Origin: Lytechinus pictus
Taxonomy: Eukaryota
Direction: 5' to 3'
Length of the DNA: 64,000 nt
NCBI RefSeq assembly: GCF_037042905.1
Contig: NC_087245.1
Coordinates: forward strand, 21,454,001 to 21,518,000
Shown here: positions 26,744 to 38,200 of the stretch, piece after piece
How positions within the stretch are numbered: the stretch's first letter is position 1
How the letters are laid out: every line of letters starts with the position of its first letter
The notes under the pieces: model-generated
The model's database searches: none
What the model was told of the DNA's origin: nothing
What the model saw: the letters and a program-made list of their open reading frames with translations, nothing else
Made by a program: the position numbers and the translations under genes

Positions 26744-27515
26744 GACGTATATTGGTATAATGTCTACCATGAATTCTTATTATAATGATTTGTGATCGTT
26801 TTATGTCGTATGCATTGGAACGTGGTGCTGTTTTCTGAGTGTTATAAATTATTCATTGTAAAAGTATTTTAAGAAGAGTATACTCTGGGGGGAAAAGGAA
26901 TTCTCCACACAATGTGTGGTGGGGGTTAACTTTTATCACTTAAGTGAAGTGAGAAAACCGCATTCTGTTTTAATTTATTGAAGTATCTGTTTTGTCTCTG
27001 GTTTAAGTTGCTTTGGTAACAGTTAGGTGGTCATAATTGTCCCCAATATATCAACAGATTGAGATATGTATATTGTAGGGAAATATGAGAGTTGAAATTG
27101 GTTAGATTTATTACACCGAATATTTTAAGAATTGTATCAGATAATAATCATCGGGGAAGTAGTCGAATCAATGTAATAGATTCACACCCGATTACTAATG
27201 AATGAGAGAATGAAATACAAAAATAATGACTTGTCGGATTACACATGCAAGCGATGTCGCCATTTGATTGAGTTGTACAATTTTGCATTTAATTCTATCT
27301 TTGGATGAAGCAGTGCGCGCCATGAATGAAATTAGATTGATGGATGGGATGAGTAAAAGCTGTGATTAATAAATGAGTAAAAGATGGAAAGGTTGATTGA
27401 AATAATCTAGTGGAGGTTGCGAGCCCTTCTTCTGGGAGTTAACAGTATGTATTTATTGTCGTGTGTGCAGGTGGTGAGGGTGTGTGCGTGTGTGTTTTAC
27501 ACCGGCTTCTATTAA

Positions 27516-27892
27516 AGGGATTGTTTAACTTTGTGAGCAGCCGATTTAAAAAATTCTTAAACCAAGATGAAACATGTGTACAAGTGCATGTATTAGAACT
27601 AATAAACCCTGAAAACAACCATTATTGAGAATGAAAAGATAAAACTACAAGGCAAACCCCGATTTTGTAAATAGGCGTCTAATAGACACCTAAATAATAC
27701 ACATAAGTGTATGGGATGAAATTAAGGTGGTGTTTCCGGTCACTTTATATTTCAATTTTTGAAGCACTTGATAATTATTTTCGAATGCAATTTTTTCTGG
27801 GCTTCATTTTTGTAACATATCACAGACACAGGTGACAAGTGTGACCTTCTAGCTCAGATTTTTTTAAGTCAAACCAATGTTAAACAATCACT
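27516..27892. mobile_element. Kolobok/T2-type MITE
   Basis: TTAA|agggattgtttaac ... gttaaacaatcact|TTAA. Confidence 0.85.
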
Positions 27893-28640
27893 TTAATGTG
27901 ATATAAGTATTTACGTGTGGTGGCTGACCTTTTACAGATTAATGTAAAAGTAGTGACCTAAGACGCGGCTATGACTGCAATGACGCCAGGAATTTTCAAC
28001 AAGGGGAGGGGGGACGCAAGTAAGCGAAGCAACCATTCAGGGAACGGGTGTAGAATGGAGTGACCATATAAATCCCATTCCATCCCATTTTCTTTTAAAT
28101 TAAAACAATTGTGCATGAAACTCAGATTTTCTGCATTTAGAAATATAAAGTTTGTGTTTTGAAGACCACGCAGGAAAATTGACTATTCTTAACATGTGAA
28201 ACTTAGAAGTCAAGTTTTACTCTATACCGCATGTGCGCTAGAAGGCATTGGTCCTCTCAGAATTAATTTCCCTACTTCCTTTATCATCAAAACACACAGG
28301 CAAAATAATCATACCAAAAACTCAATCTTGGTTATTGTATTTATTCTATTCTTGTAGCAAAATTTCAAAGTAATACATGCCTTTTTAATACATCACGATC
28401 TATATCATGTTTATCCATAAATATTCATGATTTTATCACCAGTATAAAAATTATATACAAAGTCGTAGGTATAAATATTCTGTTTATATACAATGGTTAT
28501 ATGATATCTAATCCTCTAATTCATTACTAACCTAGAACATGTGAAACAAACACTCCCTGTGCAATCGATCGACCATACAAATGATGAAGATGTTGTCTGA
28601 AGTAATCATTGAAAAAGATACAATGATAAAACACAAGCCG

Positions 28641-28691
28641 TTTTTGTCTCACCTGCATAGCAGAGTGAGACTATAGGCGCCGCTTTTCCGA

Positions 28692-28744
<53 letters not shown>

Positions 28745-29652
28745 GCGGCGACGGCGGCGGCGGCGTCAACACCAAATCTTAACCTGAGGTTAAGTTTTTG
28801 AAATGACAGCATAACTTAGAAAGTATATGGACCTAGTTCATGAAACTTGGCCATAAGGTTAATCAAGTATTACTGAACATCCTGCCTGAGTTTCATGTCA
28901 CATGACCAAGGTCAAAGGTCATTTAGGGTCAATGAACTTAGACCATGTTGGGGGAATCAACATCAAAATCTTAACCTAAGGTTAAGTTTTTGAAATGTCA
29001 TCATAACTTAGAAAATATATGGACCTAGTTCATGAAACTTATACATAAGGTTAATCAAGTATCACTGAACATCCTGCATGAGTTTCACGTCACATGACCA
29101 AGGTCAAAGGTCATTTAGGGTCAATGAACTTTGGCCGAATTGGGGGTATCTGTTGAATTACCATCATAACTTTGAAAGTTTATGGATCTGATTCATGAAA
29201 CTTGGACATAATAGTAATCAAGTATTACTGAACATCCTGTGCAAGTTTCAGGTCACATGATCAAGGTCAAAGGTCATTTAGGGTCAATGAACTTTGGCCA
29301 AATTGGGGTATTTGTTGAATTACAGCCATAAATTTGAAAGTGTGTTGGTCTAGTTCATAAAACTTGGACATAATAGTAATCAAGTATCACTGAACATCCT
29401 GTGCGAGTTTCAGGTCACATGATCAAGGTCAAAGGTCATGTAAGGTCAAAGAACTTTGGCCATGTTGGGGGTATTTGTTGAATTGCCATCATATCTCTAT
29501 AAGTGTATTGGTCTAGTTCATAAAACGTGGAAATAAGAGTAACCAAGTATCACTGAACATCTTGTGCGAGTTATAGTAGTTTTCAAAATCAGCACTGCTG
29601 CTATATTGAATCGCGTGATGCAGGTGAGACGGCCAGAGGCATTCCACTTGTT
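28641..29652 (+). mobile_element. Helentron-associated non-autonomous element (DINE-1/pearl/Tsp-like architecture)
   Basis: T-run insertion site; subterminal IR gtctcacctgcat (28646) / atgcaggtgagac (29618); short 5' IR gtgagac; (GCG/ACG)n tract at about 28690-28765; four to five tandem cores of about 162-192 bp; ends cttgtt. Confidence 0.8.
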
Positions 29653-30309
29653 TATAAAAACTTACTGCTTAATAAATTTACATTTGCAAATCCACAGAGT
29701 CCCGGGCATATCTTATTGTACTAGTTTGATTATATTCTGTTTTATTCCCTTGTCTATAATTGAAATTTATACAAAACGTATTATTGCTCTGTTCTCCGTT
29801 GTCATTTCATATATAAAAACTGATACTGCTTAGGGCGAAATGTTTTCACATAATGCCGCGATAACGAGAAAATAGGGTTGGCGTAAAAATTTATAAGCAT
29901 ATAGAAATAGCACAGTGATTTTAATTATCGGTAGGTAACAGCAATTTTTGACCAATATACATATATGAATATATCATACACCTATACATCATCCCAGATT
30001 AAAATGGGGTTATTTTTCTTTACTGCGTTTCAATTAACACTAAACATCGTACAAATTATTATTGTTTTACATTAAACCATTTTCATCACTGCGTTAATAC
30101 AGAGGATAGCATTTAATTCATAGGAAGTCGAACATATTCTTCAAACAACACTTTCTTATTTGCATATTTATTTATACTATAAATTTCTATCTAATTCAGC
30201 CATACAACGTAAAGACTGGCAGCATAATATTTTCCCTACTATACACTTCTGCGATGTCACGGTCATCGCCAAACATCTAAAAAAAATCTTTCTTACTCTA
30301 TTAATATCA

Positions 30310-30570
30310 TCAAGATCACCGTCATCATCGGCATAATCTTCATCATCTTCATCATCATCATCATCATCATCACCACCATCATCATCGTCATCATCACTAT
30401 TACCAGCGAAATTATCATCACCACCATCAACATCACCACCTCCAACACTATCACCTTTACCACAACCGCCAAAATCATCATCATCATCATCATCATAGTC
30501 ATCCTCGTCATCATCATATTGTCTTCACCACCATCACCGTCATAATCATCAAGTCAACTGCATCATCATA
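30310..30570. repeat. Imperfect (CAT/CAC)n microsatellite
   Basis: Seen directly; explains the poly-Met ORF. Confidence 0.9.
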
Positions 30571-30703
30571 TTTGTCGATACCTTACCCTCCTTTTATCAG
30601 CACGAATACACTCGAAAAAAAACCCAGTGTTTATACTGCACAGTACTTGCTATAAAATCAATAATTAACAAATTAAGAGTCAAGCTGCATTCAACGACGA
30701 AAA

Positions 30704-31311
30704 AGGCCTGGTCACACCACCAGAACTTTGCTGGAGCGTTCCTGGAGCGGTGAAAAAAAAATCATTACCACCGTTTAACAGAAGTTCGCCCGCGTTAATA
30801 ATTAAGGCAACGCCGTATACGCTCCGCCACTGCTGAGGGTCGCTCCGAAAGTTTTGAGCTGCACGAAACATTGCGAGCGGTAAGGAGCGGGCAGTTTTCC
30901 GCTCTGGCAAAGTTCACCACCGCTCCAACAACGCCCAGTCAAAGTTTGGCGCCGCTAGACGCAAGTTCGTGGACGCTTGGGTTCGCTAGACCAACGCACA
31001 AATCTTGAACGCTGGACCACCGCTGCTTTGCCCGGGCGGTAATTAAACGATGCACAAACTTTGGTGGAGCGGTTGTAAGCGTTTTACGAGCGGACACGGG
31101 ATTGCTAGAATGGTGTCGGTCGTTCAAGCAGCGATCCATTGCGGTGATGAACTATGGTTTGCCCGCTTCAGTGGTGCACCTGCTCAGGCAACGCCCGTGT
31201 TTTCGATTTTTCCCACATTTTCTGCGCGGTGACGAGCGTTGTTGAAATTCGGCCCCTCTCCCTACCGTTCAAGGAACGCTCCAACAAAATTCGGGCGGTG
31301 TGACCGAGCCT
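30704..31311. mobile_element. GC/CpG-rich Harbinger-type non-autonomous element downstream of the Ly6 stop codon
   Basis: TIR aggcctggtcacacc / ggtgtgaccgagcct; 3-bp flanks aaa / tta (imperfect TSD). Confidence 0.75.
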
Positions 31312-31750
31312 TTAGTTCCACGCGTTTGCGACAGATGCACTCCGTCTTAAGAATCAAGAAGGATATATATCTGGGCACACCTACAGTTCCGAATGTATAT
31401 TTCACGAATATTCCCTTAAGATCTATCATATTCATAGATTTATACATTTTTAAAAACAATATTTGTCAAGTAGGCCTGCATCCTGGCTCCTCCAAAGAAT
31501 GATATTTGATATGCGAGTTAAAGCTAAATTTGACGAATTCCAAAAGATCACCAAAACCTGTATTTGACAAACTTTTTCTCTTCCATTCAGTTTGTCAACG
31601 GCGTAACAATGCTTGGAGCAAGTCCTTTGATGAAGAATAAAAAAGAGACTGCTATATCGATATGAAACATCAGTTATAAGAAAGCGTTGAAAATATCGGT
31701 GGTTCCGCATGAGTTTTGTCATTAAATATTACAAGTACGTCACAATGGTG

Positions 31751-31986
31751 TCATGATATAAAGAGCCATCTGACCAATGAGCAGGCGAGAATGAGTAAAG
31801 GTATCGCTGATTGGCTAGTTGACGTAGAGCCTGAGCATTTTCCGTCAGTACAGCATGTAACGCAGAATCCAGTATCATCTTCGTTATTGTTCGTACAAGC
31901 ATTGTCACTACTTGTTAGTGTGTATGGTACATCGTTGGTGGCGGGCTCTCCGCATACGGCCAGTACATTGACGACCGTGCTCTCTT
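31751..31986 (-). CDS. Ly6/uPAR protein last exon: rest of domain 2 (...FCVTCCTDGKC) plus GPI-type tail (SGSTSTSQSAIPLLILACSLVRWLFIS*)
   Basis: Acceptor tcttcttcag, phase 1, stop at 31751-31753; small residues followed by a C-terminal hydrophobic stretch. Confidence 0.9.
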
Positions 31987-32683
31987 CTGAAGAAGAGAGA
32001 AAAAGACATAAAGAATAAAACGACATAAAGAAATGAAGAAGGAAAGAACACAAAAGAGAAAAATAACGAGAGAAAGAATGACAGATAGACAAACAGACAA
32101 AGAGGAAGAAAGATGGAAAGAAAGAGAGATTGATGGGGAGAGAGAATTACCGACAGACGGAAAATTTAAAAGAACAGAAAGAAAAACAAAAGAAAGACGA
32201 TAAGATATAAAAAAAAAAGTATAAATGAGATCAGAAGGAGATGTACAGTATTGTGATAACTAGTACCTTAATAAATTATCTTCAAATTGTTAATGCAAAC
32301 AGTAAAAAATCACCCTTGCTATCTGTGAGTGCACCTGGAGATCAGAAAAATAAATCCCAGTGATTTTGTGAACACAAAACTATGTACACTTTAGGGCCTA
32401 CAATGTGATACCCAAGTCAATGTGATACCCAAAAGCATCACTTCTTCATTTCAATTTTATAATTCATCCTCTTTATCTTTCTTTACTTTAATTTAATAAC
32501 ATATCATTGTATATTAATGTTAGTATTATTATTATTTGGGGGGGGGGGGAGCTGTTGCCGGATACGCCAGGTTTTAGTCATTCCGGTAGGTAGGTCCTAA
32601 TTAGTGAAACTTAATTCCTTCAAACATGACGAATACAACTATCCCTTTAAGAAAAAGAAAATACCAATGAGAGCAATTCCCAC

Positions 32684-32968
32684 CTGTCCACGACATAGAC
32701 GTCGCGCACGTGGGCGACTCGCCCTCGGGGGTGCACACGTTTTCCGCTAATCGTTTCACCAATGGCGTGGGTACGGGTGGGTATGGTGGCGGTCGAAGTA
32801 TCTTTCCTTCTCCACCATTGTTGCAGAAGTCCGCATCTTGACAGCACATTGTACAGGTAAGTGTGTCCTCTGTTTGGTTGCAGCTAGGTGTCCTGTCTGT
32901 GGATGTCCGTGGGCATTCCGAAGCGTAGCCGCAGTAACGATACATCGCCATTTCTCTGTATAAATCAC
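32684..32968 (-). CDS. Ly6/uPAR protein middle exon: end of domain 1 (...CTMCCQDADFCN), Pro-rich linker and start of domain 2
   Basis: Acceptor ctctttag, donor gtggga, phase 1-1; CCxxxxxCN LU signature. Confidence 0.9.
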
Positions 32969-33539
32969 CTAAAGAGACAGAGAAGATTGGTCACTGAATC
33001 TCAAATGTTGTTTTTTCCGGAAGCCATTAGGCCCTATCATTTTTAATGATAATATTACCAATAGGAAATTGGAAAAGTGACAACATTAATGAAAGTGGCG
33101 TACATGGAAGGCCTCGTTAGAAGGGGCACCCTCCAAAAAAGTCAAAAGAGACCATCCACTCCCCCCTCCAAAACAGTAGGAAATACATCTCCCCATACAT
33201 CCCTGATTGGTGCACTAACCTAAATGTTACTTAAGAAAGGCATGTTTAGATTTATTATATACTGTAAGTTAAAGGTTTTAGTAACCATATTAAATAGGTG
33301 CAATTGCAGGTTTTGAGAATGAGTGATTATGACCACTTCCCATAGTCGGATATAATGTCTGAATGACACCATGTGTAGAAATCTGTGGAACAGAAAGAAT
33401 TTAAATAACTAGGTTAAATGAAAACGAGGGAGCGGAGCGACAGCGCAAATAACTTTTGCATAACCTCATAATAAGGGAAAAGTGGGAAATATTCACTACT
33501 TTCAAGATCATACTGATATGAATGTGAATAATTCCTTTC

Positions 33540-34805
33540 CTCAAAAGTGCGTGAGGATTGTGTGTGTATGTGAGTAAGGGTGTCGGTGTGGAGTGTATTG
33601 GGGTAGGAGTGTACAAGCAATCACAAAAGAGCGTGAGGATTTGTGTGGGTATGTGAGTGAGGGTGTCGTTGTGGAGTGTATAGGGGTGGGAGTGTACTAG
33701 CAGTCCCAAAAGTGCGTGACTGTGTGGGTATGTGAGTGAGGGTGTCGGTATGGAGTGTACATGGGGGTGGGGGAGTACTAGCAATCACAAAAGAGCGTGA
33801 GGATTTGTGTGGGTACCTGAGTGAGGGTGTCAGTGTGGAATGTATGGGGGTGGGGGTGTACTAGCAATCACAAAAGAGCGTGAGGATTTGTGTGGGTATG
33901 TGAGTGAGGGTGTCAGTGTGGAGTGTGTGGGGATGAGTGTACTAGCAATCCCAAAAGTGCGTGAGGGTTTGTGTGGGTATGTGAGTGAGGGTGTCGGTGT
34001 GGAGTGTGTGTGTGGGGGTGGGAGTGTATTAGCAATCCCAAAAGTGCGTGAGGATTTGTGTTGGTATGTGAGTGAGGGTGTCGGTGTGGAGTGTGTGTGT
34101 GGGGGTGGGAGTGTATTAGCAATCCCAAAAGTGCGTGAGGATTTGTGTTGGTATGTGAGTGAGGGTGTTGGTGTGGAGTGTGTGTGTGGGGGTGGGAGTG
34201 TATTAGCAATCCCAAAAGTGCGTGAGGATTTGTGTTGGTATGTGAGTGAGGGTGTCGGTGTGGAGTGTGTGTGTGTGTGGGGGTGGGGTGTATTAGCAAT
34301 CCCAAAAGTGCGTGAGGATTTGTGTTGGTATGTGAGTGAGGGTGTCGGTGTGGAGTGTGTGTGTGGGGGTGGGAGTGTATTAGCAATCCCAAAAGTGCGT
34401 GAGGATTTGTGTTGGTATGTGAGTGAGGGTGTCGGTGTGGAGTGTGTGTGTGGGGGTGGGAGTGTATTAGCAATCCCAAAAGTGCGTGAGGATTTGTGTT
34501 GGTATGTGAGTGAGGGTGTCGGTGTGGAGTGTGTGCGTGGGGTGGGAGTGTATTAGCAATCCCAAAAGTGCGTGAGGATTTGTGTGGGTATGTGAGTGAG
34601 GGTGTCGGTGTGGAGTGTGTGTGTGGGGGTGGGAGTGTATTAGCAATCCCAAAAGTGCGTGAGGATTTGTGTTGGTATGTGAGTGAGGGTGTCGGTGTGG
34701 AGTGTGTGCGTGGGGTGGGAGTGTATTAGCAATCCCAAAAGTGCGTGAGGATTTGTGTGGGTATGTGAGTGAGGGTGTCGGTGTGCATGGAGTGTGTGTT
34801 GGGGG
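33540..34805. repeat. GT-rich minisatellite, unit about 87 bp, about 14 copies, in a Ly6 intron
   Basis: Unit gtattagcaatcccaaaagtgcgtgaggatttgtgttggtatgtgagtgagggtgtcggtgtggagtgtgtgtgtgggggtgggagt. Confidence 0.97.
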
Positions 34806-35177
34806 GGGGGTCATAATCTCTACCCGCGTGATTTAGGGAATCGGTGATAAAATAATGCTCAAAAATCGAAAAGATAAAACTGCTAGATCATTAATATAAT
34901 TTTAGTAATATTTAAAAAAATCCACCTGAAGTGTGCAATAAATCGTTCAGTTTCCATTCTTTTCAGTGAGAAGTTTAATAAATTCTTGAATTCTCCCTGT
35001 ACATCTTTATGGAACAATACGTATGCATGTACATCAAATTTTGTACTCAGGGACGTGGCTATTGACTATTTTCTTGCAAAAGATCCAAATCATTCTCATC
35101 CATTTACCACCGTATATAATTCATTCCAGAGTGCCTACATCATGCACATGTACTTTGAATATGGCAAACTAGTTTAC

Positions 35178-35285
35178 CTTTCCATGTTGTCTTTAGTACA
35201 CATGCGTCAAAGTCATCGTCACACGTCTTCTGCTCAGGTGATTGACATGAAGATTCGGTATCACATTTGTAACATCTTAATGCAC
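35178..35285 (-). CDS. Ly6/uPAR (three-finger) protein, first mature exon (ALRCYKCDTESSCQSPEQKTCDDDFDACVLKTTWK)
   Basis: Minus-strand acceptor ttcctcttcag, donor gtaaac, phase 1-1; classic LxCxxC N-terminus of LU domains. Not in the supplied ORF track. Confidence 0.9.
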
Positions 35286-38200
35286 CTGAAGAGGAAGAAT
35301 AGAGAAACGGAAGACAAAACCGTAAGATGTGAAACGTATAATGCGGTAAAATAAAATGTTAGGAACGACTAGAAATGGTTAAATGAATGTATTGTACACA
35401 TTAAGTGCACAGCTTTTATCTCCCTACGCCGTATTCGGTTATCAATTATATTTTCAAGCGTAAAAATATCAATGTTAGTACAGCGGTTTTTGCATCTATA
35501 TCGGGTAACCATTTTACTCCTGGATTGTGGCAAACGTGGTCCTGCCAAAGGACATTTTGTGGGACAGGATTCGAACGCCGATCCACATAATAATAGTACA
35601 TGCATTGACTGAACCGCTACTCCATGGTGATGCAAGAGGCTGCCCTCTAAAACAGTAAACCACGAGAAGCCTAATACACAAATTGAGTCGACTGATATCT
35701 AAGATCTGTAAATAAAAATTAACCCCGAGATATGATATAACCAATGCAGTAACCGTCCGTGGACGACAAACTAATATCATGTTGAAATGCGAAAATACAA
35801 CAACAACCCAAGATATGTTGTTTTGATTTAGTCACGGCCAAGGACTTCGAGTGGCTATGAACTGTTACCTAGATTTTTGTAAGAGATTTCAGGCTTGATT
35901 ATGCGCCTTACTATTAAAATAAACTAATTCAACCTTGCTTGCATATCAATACAACCACTTAAAAATAATAACCCTATAATTATGTGACTTGATTTTAGTA
36001 TCATTGATCACCAAGAGAACTGCGCTCTGATCTCGTCACTCCACACAGAACAGTATCCGACCAAACGTGTTTGTCAAAATTTACCAATTTATTGGTTGAA
36101 ATGTACCAGGTTATTTTTGTATATTGACATCTTTTGGGGTCGGAAACATAATTGTGAGAAAAAAAGTCATCACCACCCCAAAAATATAAAAACGGAAAGC
36201 ACAATGCGTAAATGTGAGATAAAAAAGAAAGAATAGCTTTAAATGACTTTAGGTGTGGAGTTGTGAATGCTTGTGTGTTTGGGAAGGTTGGTGCATGAGG
36301 GTGGGTTGAGGGTGTGTGTGTGAGATTGTGCTGATGAGTGGGTGTGGGGTGCATGAGAGTATGTAGATGAGTGAGGGGGGCTGCTGAGTGTGTATTGGTA
36401 TGTATGCGTGAGAGAGGGTGGATGAGTGAGTGTGTGTTTATATATGTTTGTATGTGGGGGTAAGAGTGTTGAGTGTGTGTTTGTGCGGTGTAATTGTAAA
36501 TGTGAGACAGAGGTTGACGAGAACATATAATATAAAATCAAATAGACCACCAAAAAGGTAAAAAACGCAAAAATCAGACATGCTAATCATATGAAAAAAA
36601 GAAAAGAAAAGAATCCTCCCCATACACACACAAAAAAAAACACCAATGAATAATTATGTTGCAGCTATAGAAAGATTGGCAGATAAATGAATAACAGTCA
36701 ACACTTGAGAGCATATATTTTACCGTGAAGAATTATATTTTATAATCCTGGTCAGATTGAAGTTGAATTTGCTTGCTCAAATTCAATGGCTGATTATGAC
36801 ACCACAGTCATCACCCAAGCCTCGAATCAAATTGATTTGGCGCGCGTAATGAAATTTGACGGGTTTTGTTCAATACGCCACCTCGATAATTTCGAACTTG
36901 TTACAAGCATAAATAATTCAATAGCTACATCATATACGCTCTGGAAGATAGTAATTGAAATGTGGCCGCGAACAGACATATTTGACTTGCACATTAAAAG
37001 GCCATCACATAGGTCCGGTGGCATCAATGAAAGTGCGCCTTAAAGATTATCATGATTATTTTACCCGTCAAAGTCGCAGGATGTTTCATTTCTCTTGCAT
37101 TTACAATGGTGAACGAAGTCTATTAGCATTCTCCTTTTTGTCAAGCGTAGGACACGAAAAGGTTTGAAAATGGAAAGTAAATTCTTCTTTCACGAGAATG
37201 TATCCGATATATAAAAAAATTATTTATGCAGGTGTAACATTTCTGTTATGGAATTCCAGAAATGGTCACGGGGCTAGTATGTCCTATACATGATTCTTGA
37301 TTCAAAATAATGTTCTCATATGATTAGGGTTACGGTTAGGTTTAAAAGTTGGCTTGATGTATATCAGATTTTCCAACGGAGCAGTTTCCGCAGAGGAATG
37401 CTATAAAATGCATTAGAGAAACTACAAGGGCAATAGTTATCACTTCAAATGAACGATCCCTATAATCCACCCTTGACTTGCAACTAAAATTGCTTCATAT
37501 CTACCTTAGAAGTGTATGTTGTCCTCTGACATGTTTGAAGAAATGTCCTATTACGTTAAATAAACATGATTTGCTTTTCTTAAAAGCAGCAGGCCTCTAT
37601 TTTTTTTTTGGTATTTCATCATTAATTTCGATAAAAAAATTATCTGACAGCACATTGCCTGAAGGGTGTGGGGAGGCAGGGCCCCCTTAACAAAATATCG
37701 ATAAACATGTAAAATTTTTCTTCTTTCTTGGCTTGTTAGAGAGTTTGAGACGGGAAATTGCCTCCGGAAATGGCGAAGACTTCTTTTTGTCTTAACTTAT
37801 TTTGTGTTTTTTCTGCTCCTCCTGACTTGGTGAGCCAAGTACACGACTGTTGCACTGCAACGTTATTAATAGGTAGAAGGGGTAATTGCGGACATCCATA
37901 TTCACAAACAAGAATGGCCGTTTTTGGACGCAGGGTATGGGGGAAGGGCCATTGTCATTGCTCATGCATATTGCAATGGTACAAACGGTTCAGTAAACAG
38001 CAGATTGAGCTTAAAATGCTGTTAGGTTCATATAGACGAAGTTCAGAAACACCGTTCCACGTTTCAACACAAAGGAGGAAACTAAAACATATGAGGAAAA
38101 TACTGACTATATACGTCGATGACGATATAGTGGATAATAGACTTTGGGGGAGATCACTACAATATTTTATACTAATGTGTTTTAAGCTATAACTGTCTTA

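Noticed and set aside
28606..28812. Poly-Ala ORF
   Set aside because: Translation of the (GCG)n tract inside the Helentron-type element.
30680..31502. Several 60-87 aa ORFs in a GC-rich stretch
   Set aside because: They lie within or overlap a TIR-bounded non-autonomous element and show no transposase or other recognisable motifs.
33840..34814. Long ORFs (238, 188 and 115 aa) with 29-aa repeats on both strands
   Set aside because: They are by-products of an 87-bp stop-free minisatellite inside a Ly6 intron; there are no splice signals or spacers, so this is neither a gene nor a CRISPR array.
37322..37345. TTAGGG-like repeats
   Set aside because: Only two or three degenerate units, probably part of an interspersed repeat; not a telomeric array.
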